NCBI GenBank assembly: GCA_963575745.1
Contig: CAUYUJ010000253.1
Location: 1-64,000 of the forward strand
From: Prorocentrum cordatum
Lineage: Eukaryota
DNA: 64,000 nt
Reading direction: 5' to 3'
This document shows, piece by piece, positions 53,660 to 64,000 of this stretch. The notes under the pieces were generated by a model, which searched no databases, was not told the DNA's origin, and was given only the letters and a program-made list of their open reading frames with translations. Every line of letters starts with the position of its first letter. Position 1 is the first letter of the stretch. A program made the position numbers and the translations under genes.

Positions 53660-53857
53660 TGCAGACATTAGAACCCCCGGAGGTTTGTCTGGCACGATTC
53701 TCCCATTCGTGTGTTGTGTCATGTGTCACGTTGTGGCTTGATGTTTCTCACATGCACGTGTACGTTTCTCATATTGAATTCGTTCGTAATCGTTTTGGCT
53801 CACTTTCAGGCACTGCGCTGGGAAGGGACCGCATTTCACAGGCATATGGCATTCACA
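53660..53857 (+). repeat. 5' LTR of the Copia element
   Basis: TG...CA ends, collinear with 62484-62684, followed by a tRNA-iMet-like PBS at 53858-53870. Confidence 0.88.
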
Positions 53858-56800
53858 TGGTAGGCAGAGCTTCCGCTGCCAGTCGCTCTTCTTCTGATTG
53901 GGATTTTGCCGACATCAGTTCGGAGAGATCGGACGAGGCAGCGCGAGTTGAGCATCCAGAGTGGTTTCAGAGTTGGGTTCGTTTGGGCAGTTACATCAAC
54001 CGATACGTGTTCAAGAACCGGTGCTGATCGCACCTCGGGCCACTGCTCAGAGATAACAGGAAGCTTCGAGAGTCTCACAATCGCCAGGTCGAGCTAGAGC
54101 TTTGTGCAAAGCGTGGAGGAGCTCACCAGGCAGGTTCAAGCGCTCGCGCAGCAGCAGCAGCAGCAAGAGTATCAGCAGGAACTACCGCGGCTGGGAGTGG
54201 AGAGCCAGCGTCTGCAGCAGGAGCTTCACAACAACGAACAACACCACAGGGCGCAGGTGACGGAGGTCTCGCAGCTCTGGTGGAGGTGCTTCGTCAGGAC
54301 ACGGCGAAACGACAGCCAAGAACCAGATTTGTGGATACGCGCGGCATCCGCAAGCCCTCGCTGTACGATGGAGATGAGAGCAAATGGCGAGAGTGGTAGG
54401 CCAAGTTCGAGTCGTTCGCTTGCTCGGTGTTCGATGAGGGTTTTCGAAATGTGTTGGAATGGGCGCCGCAGCAGAGTGCGATCATCACAGAGAATGATAT
54501 CAGCCTGGGTTGGGGAGAGATGGAGCAGACGACGCCGAGCAGACACCAGACATCGAAGCGAAGAACACGCAGCTGCACGCGGCACTGCAGCGGTTACTCC
54601 CGAGGAACCTTTTGATCTGGTCATGACTTCGGCGTAAGGAAATCGATTGGAGGTTCGGAGAAAGTTTTACAGACGCTTCGACCCCGCGACAGGAGCCCGA
54701 AAGCGCAACCTACTCCGTTTGATTATCCATCCAGGCCGCAGTACCATCGATAATATGGCTCAAGCTTTTGAGAGATGGCGAGATAGAACCTCCCAGTGCG
54801 AGCGTCGCAAAGACGACGCGGGCGAGCGCGAGGCCATGTAGTGATCAGATCACGACGGCCGCTCGCGAGATTTTACTTCCAGAGGAGTTCGAGCAGCATG
54901 CGTTTTTGAATCAGTCTCGCCTGGGAAATTACGAAGCTCTCAGGAAGGAGGTCACTGTCTCTGCGGAGGTCAGGACTGAAGCCAGGATCCGCGAGAGAGA
55001 CGCCCAGACCGTCAAGCCGAGACGCGCCGCCCCCAATGCCGCGGACGCCGTCTCGGTTGGCAGCGGCAGGTCGAAAGGCTGCGACAGGGCAGCGGCTACG
55101 ACAGCAAAGGCAAGGGCAAGAGTGAGGGCGACAAGGGCGGCAATTCCAAGTCGAAGAGCTCTGCCAACGCTGGCCCTCCGCGCTGGAACTGCGGCATTGC
55201 AAGTCAACGAGCCGAGAACTGCTGGAAGTTCAAGCGCGCCGACGGCGGCAAGGCCGAGTCCAGGGGCAAGTCGAAAAGGAGAAAAACACGCACAAAAGGT
55301 GGCAAGTGGGGCCCGAAGTCGACCAACCAGCTCGACGCTGAAGGAGACGAGGGAGGATGAGCTCAGCCAGAACCTGGAGATTGCAGTGCATTGGAATTTT
55401 GTCCTCGCAACCTTCGCGCAACATTCGGTGGTCGAGAGTGCGCCGCCGAGGGTTGTTGCCAGTTCCTTCTCATGGGGATTCGGTCAAGTTCAACTTCGAC
55501 GCGGGCGCGGCGGCCGCGGTTCTTCCTGCGGATTGGGCTCCAGCGACTTCCCCGCCAACAGGTTGCCAGTTCGGCGCGGCAGCTGGTGAGTTGATGCCGG
55601 ACAGCGGCTTTGGCAAGATTCGTGGCGGAGGTGAGTGCGATCGCCCGAATCGCGTCCACGGTCGACGTGCACAAGTACCCAGACCATTTGTGTCAGCAGC
55701 GACGATGTTGAATAATCGCACTGGGACGTTGAATGGGTCTCGAGGCATAAGATGCGATCTCAAGAGTGAGCCAGGCCGAAAGTAGACCCACCACGTGAGC
55801 GAGCTGGCTGAGCGGTATCCTGACGACGGCATGCGCGCGAAGGTCTCAGGCGACGCCGAGAGGCGCGCCCACGACGCCAGCCAGTCCATCCACGTGCTGG
55901 AGATCGCGCCGGCGATGAAGAAAGGCTCTTCCGGCTCGGGGGGCAAGCGGCAGGCCGGCAATCTGCGTGTCCAGCCCCTGGGCAGCCGGAGTTCGAGTTC
56001 CCGGGTCAGCAGGAGGCCTCAGGAGGCCGGTCGGGCACCCGGGGCTCGGGTGCCACGCGGGCCCGCAGCCCGCGCCCATGCCGAAGTGGGCGCGCGCGAG
56101 GCCGCAGGCCATGCTGTTTTTTGCGCCCAGCGCAAGGCTTGCGCGGGCGGCATGGCAGTTGGTGAGCAGCGTCGTCGCGTCGCCATTCATTCGGAACTCG
56201 CCGCCCCGCGGGTCGGCGTGGACTGCGGATTGTTTGAGTCCGACAGACCGAATCCAGCCAAGTCGAAGGTCTGGCCAGGAGAACTCTTCTCGTCACGTTC
56301 TGTTCCGTCGTGTTCTGTGGACGTCGTTGTCTAGTGCTAAAATCGGATGGAGAGTCCACTATCCTAGCCTGGAAGAGGGAGATCAGTGAGGGCTCACCAG
56401 GTTGCGACGTTATTTTCCAGGAAAGCCCCGCGGGTGATCGCGCAGCAGAAGGAAGAATCGAGAATTCTTTCAAGCAAATGAAAGGTCAAGTGCGCGCCCT
56501 AATTTTCGCCGGTCAGTAGGGGGGGGAATTTGCATTCTACCATCCCCTTATCTCATGGGCCCCATCGCGCAGCAGCGAGCGCCATCAATCGCGCGCCGGC
56601 GAGGGGAGGCGCGCAGGACGCACGTGGGGAAAGTCCACCGTGGCGCTCGGAGAACGAGTTCGACTCTGACCTATTCGGGCCGAGCTCAAGAACGAGGATT
56701 TGGGGCCGCGTGTCGTAGCCCGCCTCCGCTTCGGGTGCGCCGGCGGAAGCGCCGCGATTCCGATCGTGACAACCATGGGCATCCGACGCAATACCTCTCT

Positions 56801-57509
56801 GATGAGATTGGATTCAGTGCCCGTTTGGCGCGGCAGGGCGACATCCTGGAGATGAAAGGTGAGCCCTGGAGTTGGGCCGGAGCGGCCGGCGAGGGTGCGA
56901 TCGCGGTTGCGCCGCCGCCTCGGGCGCCGGGGCCAGGAGTTGCACCGGCGATTGCGACGGCGCCGATAGCTCCCAATGGCGTCCGAGATTTCTGCGTGTC
57001 TCAGAAGTCAGAAGTATGCCGACGAGATTGGCTCGGCGCCCGCGCGCCTGGCGCGCGAGCAGATTCGCTTGTCCGGCAAGGCAGCGGCGGCTCGCGCCGC
57101 CGAGCGCAGGAAGAGAATACTTGAGAAGTTGGAAGCTAATGGAGATCATCGGCATCAGGAGCAGCGGCAGCAACCGTTGATGACGCGCCTGAAGCACCCG
57201 CTCAGGCGCCAGCTCCTCGGCACCAGGCGTCGCCGAAGGCGTCGTCGGAGAGAGGGCCGCGCGGCCCAGTTCGGATAGCCGCGCGCGCGAAGCTCCCGGC
57301 GGGGGGGCCGCGAGAGGAGGCCCCCGAGGACGCAGCCGCAGGCGGAGCGGCTGAGCCAGCAGAAGCAGCGGGACAGGCAGCTGGAGACGCCCAGATGCCG
57401 CCCGCCAACGTAGCCGCAGCCCCGGCAGCGGCAGGGGGCGCCGCGGGGCCGATGGCCATCAACTCATCGTCCATCGAGTTCGACATCCCCCAAACTTGAA
57501 GGCGTTTGC

Positions 57510-60830
<3,321 letters not shown>

Positions 60831-62483
60831 CGGGGAGATCAACGCAGTCGCAGGTCCAGGTCCGGTTCCAGAAGTCGGGGGGGGGGGGGGGGGGGGGGGC
60901 ATTTTCTACCTGTTCCAGGAGGAGATCCAGGACAGGAGGAGGAGGAGGAGAAGTATTGGGATGACGTGAGTGGGGGGGCGGCTAAACTATGATATGAACT
61001 TACTGAACGAGCTAGAAAGGAGGAGGGCGATTGGATGATCAAACAGAGAGTTTCCACGATCGCGGAGCCAGGTACGTGTAGGCAACGCGCAGGTAGGATC
61101 CCGATCAGAACCGGATTGGTGGACACCAACAAGGGAGACGAACAGAGGTTCACCTCTCAAGGTCGGTTTCTGGGGCGTTTCTCGGGCGCGCTTGCGCGGG
61201 GGGGCGCGGCGTGACATGCGCGCTGCTTCCAGGTGGTCGCGAGGGCATGAGCTGAACAGAAGCACGCGCGGCACTCGGGCTGCGAGTCGCGCCTGGCAGG
61301 GCGACTATTTGAATATCATGAGAGACGGCGAGCTTCGTCAATCCCTCTCTTCTCTGTCGTGAACGCGACGAGGCGGGAGGCCGCGTGGGCGACGATGGTT
61401 TCATGGTTGTCAGCAATGAGGTCATTTTGGCTGATGTGCATTCCACGCTGGCCTCTAAGCACGACATGAAGTGGCGCTCTGGCATCTTGGGGCCCGAGGG
61501 CGAGGATTCGGAGGACATGGCTTTTCTCAACAGAGTCATCCGATATTCTCGAGGACCTGGGACATGCGTCGAAATCGAGAGTGATTAACGACGCGTTGAA
61601 GCGCTTTTGAGGGGCAGCGGTTTTCCAGCTAGTGTTGAGCGTCGAGGAGGCCCTGAAGGAGCGAGAACTCCCAGTGCTGGACCCTGCAGGCGTTCGAGCG
61701 CACTGATCCAGCGTCGCGCGAGCTGCTCGCCTTAATCAGGGCCGACCCGACATCGGCGAGGCGGTCCAGCCACTGACCAGGAACACGCAGCGCCCCAGTG
61801 TTTCAGACGTGGCGGCAGTCAAGAAGTTGCGCAGGCACGTCTTGTTTCCCGCTCCTTCCACCCGGCCTTGCCTTGTGAGCTTGGTGCTTGGGTGGGCGCT
61901 GGCTGGGCAGGATGTCCGACCGCGCGTGAGGGTGCGACAGGTATGGTAGCAATGTTCGGGAAGCATTCTTTTTTATATATATTTTTAGTACCCACTACAG
62001 TTGACAGTAGCACTGAGCAGCGGAGAAGCAGAGTACTACGGCATCTTGAAAGGTGGAGCGACAGGCTTTTCCATCAAGGTGATCCTTGAGGATTTCGGTT
62101 TCTCTTACAAGTGCATGTGCTTAGTGAGGTGAAGGACGAGCTTTCACTTTCGATTGCTTCGCATCCCCCCCCGCGGCTCGAGCTTTCGCACATAGGCATG
62201 GTCTAGGCAGACAGAAACACGTAATGGCTAAGTCTCTGTGGTTTCAAAAGTAAAGTTTGAATCGCCGTTTAAAGATAATCCCTGTAGGTGTCTGAGTGAT
62301 CGTTGCCGACTTCTAAACTAAGTGTGTCTCTGATGCAACAGCTTCGGCACCTCAAAGCCATGGGTTCCGTTTTCAGATATGTCTGGAGCCAGTTGCACAG
62401 GAAACTTTAGGCAGTCCATATCGTGTGAGCATGAATTCGTGGAAGACCTGTCCCGAGGTCGTGCAGACTTGTCTTAGGAGGAG

Positions 62484-62684
62484 CGCAGATATTAGAATCC
62501 CCGGAGGTTTATCTGGCACGATTCTCCCGTTCGTGAGTTCTATCATGTGTCTCACGTTGTGGCTTGATGTTTCTCACGTGCACGTGTATGCTTCTTATAT
62601 TGAATTCGTGCGTAAACGTTTTGGCTTCCTTTTCAGGCGCTGCGTTGGAAAAGAACCACATCTCCCAGGAACATTCTATTTACA
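62484..62684 (+). repeat. 3' LTR of the Copia element
   Basis: Preceded by a purine tract at 62476-62483; starts CG (5' LTR starts TG), ends CA, followed by TSD CAGGA. Confidence 0.88.
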
Positions 62685-64000
62685 CAGGACCCCCAGTCTG
62701 GACCCGGTGATCCAGGGGGTCTCGACTGGAGGGGAGGGTGGTTTGATGGCCCCCGGGATCCGTCAAAAACCACCCCCGCCCCCAGCCAGGAACCCTTGGA
62801 TCATCAGGTCGGGAGCGGAGGTCCTGGCTGGAAGGGGGGGGGTGTTGTGCCGTGCTGTCCTCATGATACTTGTCCCCAGCCTGGCGAGTTCCGTTCAGGT
62901 TCACCATTATGCAGTTTCTGCCTGCCGGTTTGGCAGGACGGCGACGCTCAGCGGCGCCCTGTCTGCAGCACTTCGAGTGCCATGTACAAGCCTGGGGGTG
63001 ACAATGGATACACAGATATTGTGCTCCAGGTAGGTTCTCAGCTATAAGAATCCGTTGGTATTAGGCTACAAGAAGGATGACCAAGGAGGCCATCGCAGGC
63101 CGCCTTAATGAAGGGCATCTTGTGCCGTCTTGGAGGGATCTTGGGGCCATCCTGGGCTGTCTTGGACGCCGTCTTGGAGGCCATCTTGGAGCCATCTGGA
63201 GCGGACAAGAGAACCCTCGCCTCCCACTGGGAACGCTTTCTGGGTGGCCAGCGCATCAGGCCAAGACCCCAGTCTAGGTATGTTGCAAGAATCAACGCGT
63301 TCAAAAGTCTTGCACGCCGTGCACCCTTGTGGCAAGCCAACGGGGAACTGGGGGTGGCAGATCGAAGACACCGACAGCGAATCACTGCCGCCCCCTGCCT
63401 TTGGAAACGCCCACGCGGCTAAACGTTGGGCTGAATTCTGGCCTAGCTATTGGCAAATGTGCTCCCCCAGCCGTTATGGAAACCATCGGGGGAACATTTG
63501 GGAGAGGAAAGTGAAGGAGGAGGAGTCGTGAGGAGAAGGGGGAGGAGGAGGAGGAGGAGGAAGAGGAGGAGGAGGAGGAGGAGGAGGAGGAGGAGGAGGA
63601 GGAGGAGGAGGAAGAGGAGGAAGAGGAGGAGGAGCCCTCTTGGGGCCTCCTGGGGACTTCCTGGTGGCCTGTTTGGGGCCTCCTCGGGCCTCTCGGAGAC
63701 CTGGGGCCTCTTGGGGGCTTCTGGAGGCCTCTGAGGGACACCTTGACCTTCGGAGGCTCCTCCTCCTCCTCCTCCTCCTCCTCCTCCTCTTCCTCCTCCC
63801 TTCCCTCCTCCTCATCCTCCTCTTCCTCCTCCTCCTCCTCCTCCTCCTCCTCCTCCTCCTCCTCCTCCCCTGATGTGCAGTCCTCCTCCTCCTCCTCCTC
63901 CTCCTCCTCCTCCTCCTCCTCCTCCTCCTCTTCCTCCTCCTCCTCCCCTGATGTGCAGTCGTGTGCCCCTCTTTGGGCGCTACATGGCTGTTTTGGGAGC

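Overview
Eukaryotic, GC-rich, repeat-saturated nuclear DNA, almost certainly from a dinoflagellate. Near-perfect relics of the dinoflagellate spliced leader (DCCGTAGCCATTTTGGCTCAAG) are present, and introns use GC/GT (possibly GG) donors; a Prorocentrum-like host is inference only. Nearly all long ORFs in the track are microsatellite artefacts. Supported content: (1) a multi-exon Ser/Thr kinase gene on + (six phase-compatible exons 28-12440, probable tail to ~19416) with DFN instead of DFG and a degenerate Gly-loop; (2) a second spliced + gene of unknown function starting behind an SL relic at ~20445; (3) a degraded LINE (APE+RT) on - at ~26520-32342 whose 5' end is a spliced leader; (4) a Copia RNase H relic; (5) a GCGCGC-rich higher-order repeat (~39.6-47 kb and ~50-50.7 kb) surrounding an intronless SL-tagged retro-pseudogene; (6) a full-length degenerate Copia element (53660-62684; LTRs, PBS, PPT, CAGGA TSD) with a C5-methyltransferase-like domain between integrase and RT, split by a nested RLE-type (CRE-like) non-LTR element inside (GA)n; (7) many MITE and microsatellite families. 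The most unusual signals are microsatellite blocks bounded by direct repeats (one would form a clean GC-AG intron) and an apparent T->C/A->G (CpG-gaining) decay bias in the dead TEs. All calls are by eye, without database searches.
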